The notes under the pieces: generated by a model | Told to the model about the DNA's origin: nothing | What the model saw: the letters and a program-made list of their open reading frames with translations, nothing else | Database searches by the model: none | NCBI RefSeq assembly: GCF_006345805.1 | Contig: NC_043000.1 | Location: 155,310,001-155,374,000, forward strand | DNA: 64,000 nucleotides | DNA from: Octopus sinensis | Lineage: Eukaryota | Direction of reading: 5' to 3' | Position numbers and translations under genes: made by a program | Part shown: piece after piece, positions 27,801 through 41,350 of the stretch | Layout: every line of letters starts with the position of its first letter | Position numbering within the stretch: the first letter of the stretch is position 1

Positions 27801-28719
27801 GCTGTGAAAGGTCGACCACACCTTAGGAAGTGATTGGGGCCATAGGTGACTGCAGTGGTGGTAAGGCGCCAGGACTCGATGGTCTACCTTACGAGCTATA
27901 TAAAAGTATGCCAGACTTGCTCGGGCACGTACTGGCTAGCGTTTACGCGAACTGGCAACAGAATGGGCAGATTCCCAGATCTGTGCGCCGGGGAGTGGTA
28001 ACGCTGGCGAGGAAGGACTCCGACAAGGGGGATAGGATAAATAATTTTAGGCCCATCACTCTACTGAACGCAGAGATGAAGATTTTGGCCAAGGTGCTAG
28101 CAAAAAGATTGACTCGTGTCGCGGATGGCCTGATCGGGGAGGCAAAAACCTGTTCAGTCCCCGGCAGAATCATTCAGGATAATCTTCATCTTATACGCTA
28201 CACTATAGAAGGGTATGGTAATGATTCTGGCAAAGGTAGAGCACTGGTCCATTTCGACCAAGCTAAAGCATTCGATAGGATAGACCATCGTTACTTTGTT
28301 TTTTGTTCTCGCGCAGTTCGGACTGGGTCTTGGTTTTCTCAAGTGGATCATACAGCTGTACTACAACGTCGACTCGATCGTTCGGTGAATGGCTTTCTTT
28401 CAAAGCCGTTCTGTATCAAGCGGTCGGTTCGCTAAGGTTGTCCACTTTCTCCATTTTTATACGTAGTGGCCCTCGAGCCATTGCTGCGAAAGCTGAGTGG
28501 TATCCCGACGAATCCAGGAAGTGGAGGATCGGTTACAGCGTACGCAGGCGACATCACTATCATCGTGACCAAGATGGAACACCTACAGAAAGTAGACGAA
28601 ACCATCAAGGTTTACGAGATGGTAACAGGAGCAAAAATTGTTGAAATATGAGAAAATGTTGAAATATATTGTCATGAATTTCATGTTTCAAAATGTTGCT
28701 TACTTTTTACTTAGCCTGA
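24882..28719 (+). mobile_element. Mariner shell (both TIRs, TA flanks) enclosing a LINE
   Basis: TCAGGTCCAGTAAAAAGTAAGCAACATTCTCAAACATGAA / TTCATGTTTCAAAATGTTGCTTACTTTTTACTTAGCCTGA; transposase N-terminus KHDIRASLQFNFKK..VAETVRDINETF at ~25065-25157. Confidence 0.8.
25158..28639 (+). mobile_element. L1/Tx1-like LINE (5' UTR, ORF1, APE endonuclease, RT), degenerate and 3'-truncated
   Basis: DVIVATET (APE), VAVYAPN, KAPGLDGLPYELY, NFRPITLLNAEMKILAKVLAKRL, DQAKAFDRIDH, AYAGDITI; many stops and frameshifts. Confidence 0.85.
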
Positions 28720-29859
28720 TATATAGATATATAATATATCTATGAGTGTGTGTGAGTGTATGTGTGCGTGTGCGCGTCTGTGTGGGTGAACGTGCGTGTT
28801 TTGTCTAGTTATAATAAAAACAATCTTATATTAATCTGAAAGGTTACTCTATGCTCTTGTAGACTGCAAATTTATCATTATTAAACAATAGTATTATTGA
28901 CAATGACATCGAAGTTTCAGCCAGATAAGCCATCGTCGGTGGCAGATGTTAGGTGGTAAGTTTTGCAAGTGAGAGCTACAGAAGTCGTATATAAATGGAA
29001 GATAGTAATTACGTTGGTCAATGTTGCTACTATGAATGGCTTGAACAATCCTTCCATTAACTGAAGAGTGTTATCGAAAATAGTTAACTGGGATAGATTC
29101 ATTGACCTTGTTTTGGTCAAAGCCTAAACGATTGATTGATTGAGCGGCATCACATCATAGCCATTGTGCCATGATGCATAGATTGCTAAGAACAACAAAA
29201 GAGTTCGTAACCAAGAACAAATACATGAAATTAAAATGGTAACCACAATAAACTTCTACATTAAAGATGATATATCTTTTCTTTAATAAACAAAAATGAT
29301 TGATTTCTTACATTTTCACTACAATGCACAAGTGTAATGAAATGATACACACGATTGAATAGAGCCCAGTATATTACTGGCTGCATTATTTTGTCAATAT
29401 CAGATAAAATAAAGTCGAACCTAGCTGCTTAACTTAATTAAATGTAACTAAACATTACAAGGTTTCTACTTGGGGTTCTAACATTTCTGCTAAACACAAC
29501 CCAGCCAGTAGTAAAAAAAATATGAATTCTTAACTCAATAACAACTCATAATATATGGACAAATCCACGTCATTTTGGTAAGAGCAGTTGAATTAATCAA
29601 CTCTTGTACGTGATTGATATTAATTTGACCAGAAAATTGAAAAGAAAAGTCGATTTCAGAGTACCATTCCACATCAGGTTAGATACACGCGCACTCACCT
29701 CTCATATCTATCTATCTAGATAAATAGAAATATGGACATAGCTGAATAAGCAAAAATGAGCAAAGAAAAATAATTAAGTGGCCGGTGGGATGTATATGAA
29801 CAATATGTGTATGTATGTATTTATGTATGTATTTATGTATGCATGCATGCATGTATTAC

Positions 29860-31160
29860 GTCACTTTTGTTGGCTTTTTCTCGTATTGGATAAGTTCAAT
29901 GCCTTTTGATTGACCGATTCCGCAACACTGAATGCGGTGATGACTTGGAAGGCTAATCCGCGAGTGAAATAAGGTCGGTACAGGATCGTTGTTTGTGGAT
30001 ATGATTGATAATGCTGATAAATCTTGCGTTGTCTTCCTTTTCATTTGAATTTTTCTTTTGACTTCAAAATAGTATTTTCGGCGAAGATAGAGTGATGCTA
30101 GCTAGAACTTCTCTGGGCTTCCCTTTCCTGCGCTTTGCCACATTTCCAGTTCAGCCATTTTGAGAGGAGACTTCATCTGGTCCCTGCAATGGTTGAGATG
30201 GCATCCTCATTGCTTTTTACCTCTGACTAATTCACTGAAGAGATTGTAACCAGAAAATTTCAATTCTTTCGCTCTAACAATATGCACTAACCACCGTGCT
30301 GAATGTTTCATGAAGGTGAACTTTATGCAGCAACTTTTGGGGGTTTTTTTCTATGACAGTCTGGCTGGTTGTCTAGTCTTCCCATGCAGCATTTGACGAT
30401 GGAAACATTCCAGTTTTTGATATCGCATCGTTGAGTTTCTACGTTTCACAAACGTATTAAGATAACGTTGAGAACCAGAAAGTGTAGGAAGACCGCGAGT
30501 CTCAAACGAATTTAAAGCCACAATTTCGAGGGGCCCTTCATTTTTTTCTAAGGCCTGTAAATGAACTCGGGAGGTGGGCCTCCAAAAAGGCCTTTCGCGA
30601 CACCCGTAAAGCCAGGAACTTTTCAGTGCCTCCTGGTATTATCATCACTTTCAAGAACGTAGTTCGAACTATCGTGGAATGTAATTGTTCCCAATCGTGG
30701 GAAAATCTTTCTAAGACTCCTTCTAAACTGTCTTCATATGATTACAGAAGTAGTTCTTCTCCAATATCAGTGTTTTCGAATATCTTATTATACGATCAAC
30801 AAGACAAAATCAAAAGCAGCAGAAGTCAATATTTCTTGTCTTCTGGGAATGTCTTTTGACAATGTGTCATAGATATCTTCTCATGGATAGTTCTTCAATG
30901 TTTCGGCTGTCCAGACCTTTCGATCCCAGTGAATCAGGTACTCGCTGGTTTTTTTTATCAAAACAAAGTTTTTGAACATTTTCTGATTAAATGTTGATCA
31001 AAGTAGGTTTGTACTGAAGCAGCTCTCGCACCAGCACTCTTTCCTTTATTACCTGCCTGCAATGCCTTTTTTACTTCCTTCACTCAAACCATGAATTGGC
31101 ATCAGATGTTGTTTTGGTGATTCATCCAGATTTCGGTCTATTCGATTTCCGACATTCAAA
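29860..31160 (-). pseudogene. Very degenerate Tc1/mariner-like transposase remnants
   Basis: Only weak motif remnants near 30050-30100 and 31100-31150. Confidence 0.3.
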
Positions 31161-33042
31161 AAGATTACAATGTTTCTCTATGCAGATGTCTTCACTGATC
31201 TCTGCTAGACAGGAGCGCCAGTAATCAGTCAACCTCTTTTGTACGTAGGAGCACTTATTTCTACAATGAATATCAAGAACGCTAAAATCCTGGTTCGCCC
31301 CGCTCCGAGGGTTTTGTTTTCAACATCATTCTCTCTCATACATCTTTCAACCAAATGCCTTTCAGAAAATGATGTAAATCACAGAATTGAATATGCCTCT
31401 TTAGAATTTTAAAATGTTACAAAAGAAGTGTGACGAACCATGATCAAGGTAATAGTATTATTAATAGGCGCAATCTATTCAGAGTTTCAGAAAACGCCGA
31501 CGTATAACCTCGTTACTTATTTAAACCCAAATATTTAACTGGAAACAAAACAGAAAACTTCATATTCAGAAAATTTCCAAGCGCCTCTCCCTACTGTAAC
31601 GTGTTCAGGTTATCTCACAACTAAGCTCCCCAAATTATTTCACTCTTAGAACAATCTGTGTATTTACCGAACAAATCGTGTTTATTTCGGTTCTATTTTG
31701 AATTTTGTAGTAAAACAACTTTTGTGCCACCCACTTGATAATGGCATCGACATCAACAATTAAATTGTGGTGCATCAAACAAACGGGGAACTGACAAGTA
31801 TTTTGATGAACTACAGGACTGAATTATCTCGCTTGAAAAGTAGAATAATTAAGAAAATCACGCTTAGATGCAAATTTAACATTGAAGACATTATTTGTAA
31901 AATAAAATTTCCTCTCGCTCATACAGTTCGTTTTCATATTCCCATAAAGGAATCAAGTAGCAGAGGGCTTTCCAATTCAGTAAACTAAATCCAAGTTTTT
32001 ATGCTAGTAATCAAAGACAGGAAATATAAAGAATGAAAAAAGTCCTCCCAGTCTTTTTGCTGCTAAAGAAGTTACACATGCATCCTATTCTGTTATGCAC
32101 AACCACAGCCTTAGGTTAACAACTTGCAGTTAGCTATTTTAAAATAGAATTCAGTTATGCTCACGCGAATCCTGAAGGCATTATTGAACGTAATTGCTTG
32201 AGCTGAAGAAGAAATTAACTCTGATCTAGGTGACTGTCATTGTTTCGCTCATTTCACACAGACAACAGCAATCATATTATATTAAATTGATTTCTTTTAT
32301 GCATAAATGTTTCCAACCTTATGTAGTTAGTGATATTGAATTTCCTCAATTGAAAGAAGAAACAGAAATAAAAAGCTTTTAGGGGAAAGCTTCAATTAGT
32401 AAGCAAATTAGAGTGTTCTAGTTAGAGTATAGTATTATTCTAACAAGAATAACAAGAACGTATAGTGTCTGATGCCACAAACAACTGTACTTGAATACAC
32501 TTATCTGAATGAAAGGCTTCCATGGCTTACATACAACAGGATAGGAATAGAGTGTCGCACATACTAAACTCTCATTCTTTTTATCAACCGTTATAATAGT
32601 GAGACAACTCTTTTTAGGCAGCTGGTAATCGATAATTACAAAGTTGTTATTCTACACATTGTCTAGTTTCTTTTTGTGTTGGCCATTGGCTAGCATTAGC
32701 AACAGTAATCTACATCAAACGAATAATTAATTTTTACTTGTGTCTACGACTTCCTTTGAAAGGTAAGTTTTAATTTTCATTGTCCTCATCCGCTGATGTC
32801 AATTGACAAACGTTTGATACTAGCCACAAGAATTTCATAGTAACTCTTAAAGAGACAAAATAGGTTTTAGCTGTATGCGACTAGCGCATTTAAACTCACT
32901 TAAGGGTGTTTCTTTCTCCTTTCCAAGAAAACAAATTTGGACGGTGCCAGTATCTTTCTATTTTATTTGCCCTCAAATTTACTTTGCAACAAAACTTCAT
33001 AGACTAATTCAGGTAGCATATGTAACACACCCATATGAGGAA

Positions 33043-33419
33043 GCACTCCGTCGGTTACGACGACGAGGGTTCCGGTTGATCCGATCAACGAAACAGCCTG
33101 CTCGTGAAATTAACGTGTAAGTGGCTGAGCACTCCACAGACACGTGTACCCTTAACGTAGTTCTCGGGGATATTCAGCGTGACACAGAGAGTGACAAGGC
33201 CGGCCCTTTGAAATACATGTACAACAGAAACAGGAAGTAAGAGTGAGAGAAAGTTGTGGTGAAAGAGTACAGCAGGGATCACCACCATCCCTGCCGGAGC
33301 CTCGTGGAGCTTTTAGCTGTTTTCGCTCAATAAACACTCACAACGCCCGGTCTGGGAATCGAAACCGCGATCCTATGACCGCGAGTCCGCTGCCCAAACC
33401 ACTGAGCCATTGCGCCTCC
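33043..33419 (-). mobile_element. SINE family C, full length
   Basis: tRNA-like head plus a long body ending CCTCGTCGTCGTAACCGACGGAGTGC. Confidence 0.9.
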
Positions 33420-34461
33420 ACGCGTGAATTGAATATTCTACGTGTGAACATTAGGAAATTTACAGGCCCCGGTGCTATTCTATTAATTTCTTCCACGGTA
33501 TAGATTTTATTTTCATCCTTAAATCAAAGCTTATCGTTTTTAAAATACAGATAACATGAATAACGTAATCTCAATACCATTAAAAAGACGGGAGGGACAG
33601 TGGCTAAAATGATTTTAAGTACAGGTCTGTTCGAACAGGTTTGACCAGGATCTAAACAAGAGCAACAACTACAATGTCTAATGGAACAGTATATATTCAG
33701 AATGTTCAGTATATATGTACTGAATATAGATACACACATTTTTTTAAAAATACGATGATGATACAGCAAACGCTCCATTCTCCTTGATTATTTCAACTCT
33801 GCAATTTTCCAACTGTTAATCTCAGCAACATTCCCAAAATAGACACTATTTTTCTATCAATATATACTTTCATCATATTGTCCAGTTGGAATATTCCACT
33901 CAAGCAGCATTTAACAGTAAGCAAGAAGGAATCCATATTTATTGTAAAGATCAATACCACATCCATAATTCTCATGTTCAAGATTATTCTGAAATAATCT
34001 CCTACCATGCGCACATTTTTATCATTGGAGGGAATCAGAGGAAATGGACAAACAACAAGGAACACAAAAGATGAAGTAGTCAAAATAACATATTAGTGCT
34101 TGATAAAAGTTATGAAAAGATACATTTCTTTATGGTTTGGTGAGGAGGAATACCTCCGAAAGAAGATTCGTTCATGTATATTTCGTTACTACTTGAGAGA
34201 AAAAAAAACGGGTAGAAAGAGAATGATATAGGTTCGACGTTTTTGAAAGCAAGGATCTGGTTAGTGTAATGGCTAACATGGAAGACAAGACGAAAAGTTG
34301 TCAATCGTCTGAGAAGAGTGGTTGTGGGTGGCGGCTGTACGTAATTAATTAATTCTGAGGATCAAAATATATTGGATAGGACTATAAAAGACAGAGTGAG
34401 GTGTCAGTACATCTATGGGAGGTAATTTGAGTGGGATATTTTGTTTGGATACGCTCTAGGG

Positions 34462-34639
34462 CAGCATTTTACAAACTGTGCATCCCGACCCTTCAGTTAG
34501 TCGCCAGATAAAATAGGTCGCAAAAAAAAGAAAGGAAAGAAAAAACGTGAGTGTGAAGTTCAGAATATAAACGAGCGTTTTTCAAACTGTGGGTCCCGAC
34601 CCTTTAGAAGGTCGTGGCAAAAAAGTTTGAAAAACGCTG
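34462..34639. mobile_element. hAT (Charlie-like) MITE with 8-bp target site duplication
   Basis: TIRs CAGCATTTTACAAACT / AGTTTGAAAAACGCTG; TSD CTCTAGGG (34454-34461) and CTCTAGAG (34640-34647). Confidence 0.85.
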
Positions 34640-35024
34640 CTCTAGAGTACTTATGTGTGTTTCTGCAGTACTGATCCATATATGGAAACACTCTTCCATT
34701 GAGGGTTTTAGTTGAACACTGAACATAGTCAACAACTTCTCAGAGCTAAAGTGTCTTGTCGCTCTGGAAAGGAAAGCTCCCTTTTCAAATGGAGATTGTG
34801 CCATGTCATTTCAACATAAGACATCATTAATTGCTAGGCTCAGTTTTTGTAATGGCTTGAAGGGTTTTACTTGTATATTGCTCATGCCTAGAGAAATTAG
34901 AGTGCAAGGTTGTTTTTTAAATAAGTGCAGTGGCTACTTCTTTGTGTTGTTGAAAGAAAGAATTACGAATTGCGAAAAATTTTAAATCGTTAATCTCAGG
35001 AAGACTCACCAAATAGACTATTTC

Positions 35025-35237
35025 TTTCTGATATAAGCACAAAGCCTGAAATACAGGGGGAGGGGGTATAGTTAATTACATTGATTGCATTGCTCAAATG
35101 GAACTTATTTTATCGACTTCAAACGGATGAAAGTGGAAGTCCACTTCGGCAGAATTTAACCTCAGAAGGTGAACCCGGAAAAATACTGTTAAGCGTTTTG
35201 TCCGGCATACTAACGATTCTGCCAGCTTGCCGCCTTA
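35025..35237 (-). mobile_element. SINE family B
   Basis: TAACGATTCTGCCAGCTTGCCGCC head in reverse. Confidence 0.75.
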
Positions 35238-35373
35238 CTCACGAAATAGACTAATGAAATAATGAAATCAGAAACAAGATCTTCTTGTTTTTATATGTTC
35301 AAAGGTCCGCTCTCCTGCCACCCTAAATAAATCTGCTTTTCTCTAAATTCTCTGAACTTCTACTACTTCATTT

Positions 35374-35456
<83 letters not shown>

Positions 35457-36239
35457 CACACACACACACACACACACACGCACACACAGACACAAGAGGG
35501 AGAGAGGGAGAGAATGCTTATGTGTCTGTGATTGTCTTTCTTTGTCTACTACTCGTCTATATCTATATGTAAATATCGTTTCGTTCCGGAAATAGATATA
35601 TCCCTTCTGTACCCGATATGCTTAACTTGGGGAAAATTTCAAGATTCCAGGGGGCGATTTATTTTTAGGTTAAAAATTCCTTATCACTATTCACTCTCCT
35701 TTCACCGGATTTGTTTTAGCATTTTTTTTCGTTTTTTTTTTTTTGCTTCATGCTGATATTAAGGCCCTAATGTGAAATGTATGTAAGGCTCTAAATTTCA
35801 TGCTGTAAATTCTCTCATTGTATACAAGACCACGTGTTTTTGAAAGATTTCATTTTATTTTACGTATTTTATTTATTTATTGATTGGTTGTATGAAGAAT
35901 GAAAGGCAGTTGGTGAAGGCAAGTAAAGATGATAAATACAGAAAAAAAAGGGTTAAATGTTCTTTTCGGTAAATAACTCTCGAAACTAATTGATCCCATG
36001 CATTATTAGGACAAGCCAGTTTTGTCACGGTAGCTTGTTGTACTTACGTAGTTGTAAATTAATTCCTTTATATAATACACACGTTATGCAATACGTTCTT
36101 CCTTTTTCACATAGGAGATTGATAATTTGAGAAAGATCTAGTTGCTATTTCTTGTAGGTTGTCTCTCCTTTGAGCGTAACGTGTACATTTATGTCTGGCG
36201 CTGAGTAAGTACATTAGAGCACATGTTAGTAGATAAATA

Positions 36240-36418
36240 GGAGGCGCAATGGCCCAGTGGTTAGGGCAGCGGACTCGCGGACGTAGGATCGCGGTTTCGA
36301 TTCCCAGACCGGGCGTTGTGAGTGTTTATTGAACGAAAACACCTAAAACTCCACGAGGCTCCAGCAGAGATGATGGTGATCCCTGCTGTACTCTTTCACC
36401 ACAACTCTCTCTCACTCA
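36240..36418 (+). mobile_element. SINE family C, 5' half
   Basis: GGAGGCGCAATGGCCCAGTGGTTAGGGCAGCGGACTCGCGG... Confidence 0.85.
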
Positions 36419-36465
36419 TATATACAAACATATATATACACACATATATATACATGTATATATAT

Positions 36466-37494
36466 AAATCCTTAAATCCTTAAAAATGTTTTAGCCCGAA
36501 GGCCGTGGCCATGCTGGGGCACCACCGCTGAATGAGCTACACTAGTTTGTGAATCCACCTCTGATACGTGGCACTTGATCAACAAGGGAGTTCGATGCTG
36601 CTGCCCGCATCCGCGTCTCCTGTCGTGAGGTAGGCTCATCTGGGACTCCCAACAAGAAGAGATCCAGTTTAGTTTTAAAGAAACCCACATCCACACCATG
36701 TAAGTCTCTCAGGCATTTAGGGAGGATGTTAAAGAGCTGTGGTCCTCTGAAACCCAAGCTGTTGCAGTATCTGGACCTGTATTTTGATGGTGATGTTGGA
36801 ATCCTTGGCACCACGCAGCGGCGCCCCGTTCTGCGGTTGGAGTAACTTTGAATGCCAAAGTTTGGGACAGGACCCTCGAGGATTTTCCAGATGTATATCA
36901 CTGCATATCTCTCCCGCCTCCGCTCTAGGGAGAAGAGGTTTAATACCTTCAGTCTTTCCCAGTAGCTGATATTTTGCATTGAGACGATTTTCTTTGTGTA
37001 GCTTCTCTGAATTGCTTCGAGTTCTGCTGTTTGTTTTATATTGTGTGGTGACCAAAGTTGGGAGCAGTAGTCCAAGCGGCTGAGGACGAATGTTTTCCAT
37101 AGGACCATCAGTGTCTCCTTCTCTCTTGTTCTGAAAGTTCGGAGAATCCATCCAGCTAGCCGTCTGCATTTTATCACCAGATTAGCAATATGCATTTGGA
37201 AAGATGCATCATTGCTCATGTCAATGCCCAGGTCACGCACTGATTTTGACTCAGGGATTGCAATTCTTCCTGGGCCAGTGTATCCAGTCTTCACGTCATT
37301 TACCTTTGTGTGCCAGTAGCACAGGGCCTGGAACTTACCTGCATTAAACTGCATGTTGTTGTCCTCAGCCCACCTGTATATTGTGTCCAGCTCATGTTGC
37401 AGATGCGCAATATTTTCAGGGTTTTGTATTGCGTGGGAGACTTTTGTGTCATCTGCATAGCTAGCAAGGGTGGTCATCGTAGCAACTGAAGGCA
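36466..37494 (-). mobile_element. CR1/L2-like LINE, 5'-truncated, RT C-terminal frame open
   Basis: SYADDTK, MQFNAGKF, VRDLGI, RLDYCSQLWSP, SLERRRERY; tail (TTTAAGGA)n. Confidence 0.9.
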
Positions 37495-37718
37495 TATATA
37501 TATACAAACATATATATATATATATATATGTATACACATATATAATCACATACATACACATAAACACACAAAGACACACATATATACACATGCATATACA
37601 CACATATATATATACAGATATACATACGCACACACATATTTATATATATATATATACAATGCACACACTCGCGCACACACGCACCCCGAGCGTACTTACT
37701 TATATGTTTGTATATATA

Positions 37719-38834
37719 TTGGGTTGGCAACTAAGTTTTTAATTTTGGAATTTATTGTGTTTTTAAATTTTGGAATTTATTCTTTTCGCGAATTCCATTT
37801 TGGAATCATTTTTAAATCTATTTTGTTTGTTTCAAGTAAATTTTAGTTAATTTTTGTTTATTTTTAGATCATTCAATTGGAATGTCAAGTTAAGAAAAAC
37901 GAGCATTTTCAACACCACCTTCTTTTTACTTTTAATCGAGGATCTTAAGGCCGCAAAATCAGCTCGCGACATTTGTGCTGTGTATGGAGAGGGGGCCATA
38001 ACCGCTCGTGGTTGGTATGCCAAGTACTAAAATGGAAATTTTGACTTCAAAGACTCACCTCGTTCCGGCCGTCCAACTGATTTCGATGAAGATGGATTAA
38101 ACCAACTTTTGCATGAAAATTCTCGTCAAACGACAAGGGAACTGGCAGAGAAAATGGAATGCTCCCACACTGCTGTAGAGAGGCATCATTACTGGCGACG
38201 AAAAATGGTGCCTGTACATCAATATGAAACAGCGTAAGGAATGGCTTAGCCCAGGTAAACAAGCGATACCGCGAGTGAAACAAGATCTTCATCCGCATAA
38301 AACGATGTTGTGTGTATGGTGAGACTGGGAAGGGATTATCCATTACGAATTGCTTGAACGGAACCAAACGGTCAACGCGGAACTCTATGTTCAACAGATG
38401 GAACGACTCAACACGGCTATTCAAGAGAAAAGACCTAATCGGCAGCATGGATTTCTGCTGCACGACAACGCCCGACCTCATATCGCCAATATGACCAAGG
38501 AAGCCATTCAAACGCATAGCTGAGAAGTGCTGCCACACCCGCCGTACTCTCCTGATTTGGCACCAACGGATTTCTACCTCTTTCGATCTCTTTCAAATGC
38601 TATGCGCGGAGTTTCATTCGATACTGATGCAGAATTGAGATCTTGGTTGGATCAATTTTTCGAGTCGAAATCGGGTGATTTCTACCTACGAGGTATTGAA
38701 AATATTGTTGAACTTTGGGAAGAAGTTGTAAACAACAAGTGTCAATGCATTATTGGTTAATTAGTTGTTATTTTTCATTAAACGTTTAAAAAATTTTAAT
38801 TTAAAAAGAGCCGGGAACTTAGTTGCCAACCCAA
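37719..38834 (+). mobile_element. Mariner (DD34D) transposon, defective
   Basis: TIR TTGGGTTGGCAACTAAGTT at both ends; ITGDEKW, HDNARPH, HPPYSPDLAPTDFYLF; stops, frameshifts and an internal deletion. Confidence 0.92.
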
Positions 38835-38932
38835 CATATATACATATATAGATTTGAAGTTTATAGAAAAACAAAAGATGAAGACAAGTGTATGATCAAC
38901 AAGGTGTTTGACGCTCGGGAAAGTGAGAAGGT

Positions 38933-38968
38933 CTTTTACGTTTCGAGCCTACGCTCTTCAGCACAAAG
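38933..38968 (-). ncRNA. Degenerate minimal hammerhead-like motif
   Basis: CTTT-GTGCTGA-A-GAGC(GTAG)GCTC-GAAAC-GTA-AAAG; core mutated. Confidence 0.4.
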
Positions 38969-39358
38969 GAATATGAGGAAATAAACAGATACAGAGTATA
39001 AAAAATATTGTGCATTTAGCGATCAATCATGACAATGTACGCGTTTCGAAATTAAAGTAAAAGATAATTTTACTTACTGTTACTCCTCAGCATAGTATTT
39101 CGTATCAGTTCACGAGTATTTCAAAATATGCACGTGATCAGCGTCATCGTATGCCCGGTATCTATCCATACTTGTAAAAATATAATACCGGTATAATTCA
39201 TATCTTTCTTTTATACCCACGTGTGTGTTAAGATCTAGACCGCAGTAAATGCAGTTTCGATGATGGAGTGAATTTAAGGTAGTAAAAAAGATTTTAGCAT
39301 CTATTTCTTACTGTGCATTTTGAGGCATGAAGACAACCCTTTGTTATAATTTTGTATG

Positions 39359-39390
<32 letters not shown>

Positions 39391-39394
<4 letters not shown>

Positions 39395-39512
39395 CCTGCT
39401 CGCTTAGCCAGCCAGGTGGCGTCATTTGATGGCTAAAACAATGCGAAGCGCATTGTGACTAGCGATGTGTAGCAACATCTGATAGCCTGGTCGGTCACGG
39501 TGATCACAGTGA
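39391..39512 (+). mobile_element. SINE 3' tail fragment (family C-related)
   Basis: Matches the tails at 2450-2575 and 6703-6820. Confidence 0.7.
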
Positions 39513-39560
39513 TATATATATGTATAAGTATACATATATGTGCAAATATATATAGAGATA

Positions 39561-40819
39561 GAGGGGTTAGACAAAATAATGGAAACATCTTAAAATTTCA
39601 AACAAATTTATTTTAATATGAGGTAGGACCGCCTTTGGCAGTAATTACAGATTGAATTCTCCGAGGTATGGACTCATGCAAAGTTTGCATTATTTTTGTC
39701 CATTCTTCAGCTCAAGCAGTCTCCAGTTCTTGTGATGATGGCGGAGGATATCGACTCCTTACTTATTTTTCTAATATGAACCATAAATGTTCAATAATAT
39801 TGAGATCTGGGGAGTGTGGTGGTCAGATAAGATGTTCAACTTCACTAAAATGCTCCTCGCGCCATTTAGAAACAACTTTAGATGGATGGATTGGCGCGTT
39901 ATCATCCTGAAAGATAGCATTTAACTCCGGAAAAGTTTCGCAGCCACAGGATCAATTTGATGAGATAAAATGCTTAAATAATCTTGACTATTAATTCTGC
40001 CATGAAGGGAAACCATTGGGCCGGTGGAATTCCAATATATACCCCCCCCCCAATCATTACAGATCCTCCTCCGTGTTTAATAGTTGGAAGAAGGCAGTCT
40101 GGGTCAAATGTTTCTTTTGCCTGTCTCCACACGTATACTCGGCTGGTGGTCAGAAATAAGGTAAAGGATGATTCGTCCGAGAAAGTAACATTCTTTCACT
40201 GCTCAAGGGACCAATTCTGTAGGTTTTTACCCCATTCTAAATGATTTGCAACGTTTGTTTTTGAAAGTAGTGGTTTTCTGATTGAAGCACTCCCGTGAAA
40301 TCCGGCTTTGTTGAACTCCCAGCGAACAGATTTTATGGAAACTGGGTTCTCGAGGTGGTCATTAAGCTCTGCAGTAGTTATGGGAGCTGTACTTTTGTGA
40401 TGCTTTCTAACAATTCGCGTAAGATTTCGACGGTCCCTATCTCAAACTATTGGTCTTCTTCCGGAGTTTTGTTTCGACCAGGAGATTTTTCACTATTTCT
40501 CAAAGGCTGTCAATACTTTAGAGAGAGTACTTCTTGATGCATCAAACATTTCGGCAGTTTTCATTACGCTAGCGCCTGTCATAGGAGCGCCAACAATTTG
40601 ACCTCTTTGAAAGTTCGATAGAGCTGTCATTTTAATGAATTTTAATTACCTTTTTCTGATGAAATATGAAAATAAACAGCAACTTTATCAAATCATACTA
40701 AGCAACACCAATAATAACTAAAAAAAAACATAAAAATATACAAGCTTTTGATGTTTTGAGAGATATTTCAAAATTATGATGCTATGATGGTAGGTGTTTC
40801 CATTATTTTGTCCAGCCTG
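39561..40819 (-). mobile_element. Tc1-like (DD34E) transposon, defective
   Basis: TIRs G/AGACAAAATAATGGAAACA at both ends with TA flanks; VTFSDESSF, FQDDNAPIH, *PPHSPDLNIIEHLW on the minus strand. Confidence 0.92.
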
Positions 40820-40858
40820 TATATACACGTTTATACACATACACGCACTATATATATG

Positions 40859-40954
<96 letters not shown>

Positions 40955-41114
40955 TATATACAAATATATATCTATATATAGATATATACATAAATGCATA
41001 TATACATATATAAACACATATAAACATAATCCAAACAAGAAAGCACAAAAAAACACAACAACGCGAGGACGTGGAACAAATATAGTATTATTGGACGCTC
41101 AGAAAAGAAGGAGG

Positions 41115-41149
41115 GTTTAACGTTTCGAGCGGAGCTCTTCGTCGGAAAC
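41115..41149 (-). ncRNA. Minimal hammerhead-like motif (Penelope pLTR type)
   Basis: GTTT-CCGACGA-A-GAGC(TCC)GCTC-GAAAC-GTT-AAAC; palindromic AACGTT helix III; U4C core variant. Confidence 0.55.
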
Positions 41150-41312
41150 ATAGGAGAAGAAAAGATCCAGAGAAGGGAAGACAGAGGAAAAAAATCGCCA
41201 ACGGTACACACGCGGTCACTTATATATACATATATAAATACATATTTACATACATATATATACATATCTATATACATACTTATATATACTTAAATATACA
41301 TATATATATATG

Positions 41313-41350
<38 letters not shown>

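Noticed and set aside
36240-36312. tRNA gene
   Set aside because: A and B boxes continue into a multi-copy SINE body; no complete cloverleaf or terminator.
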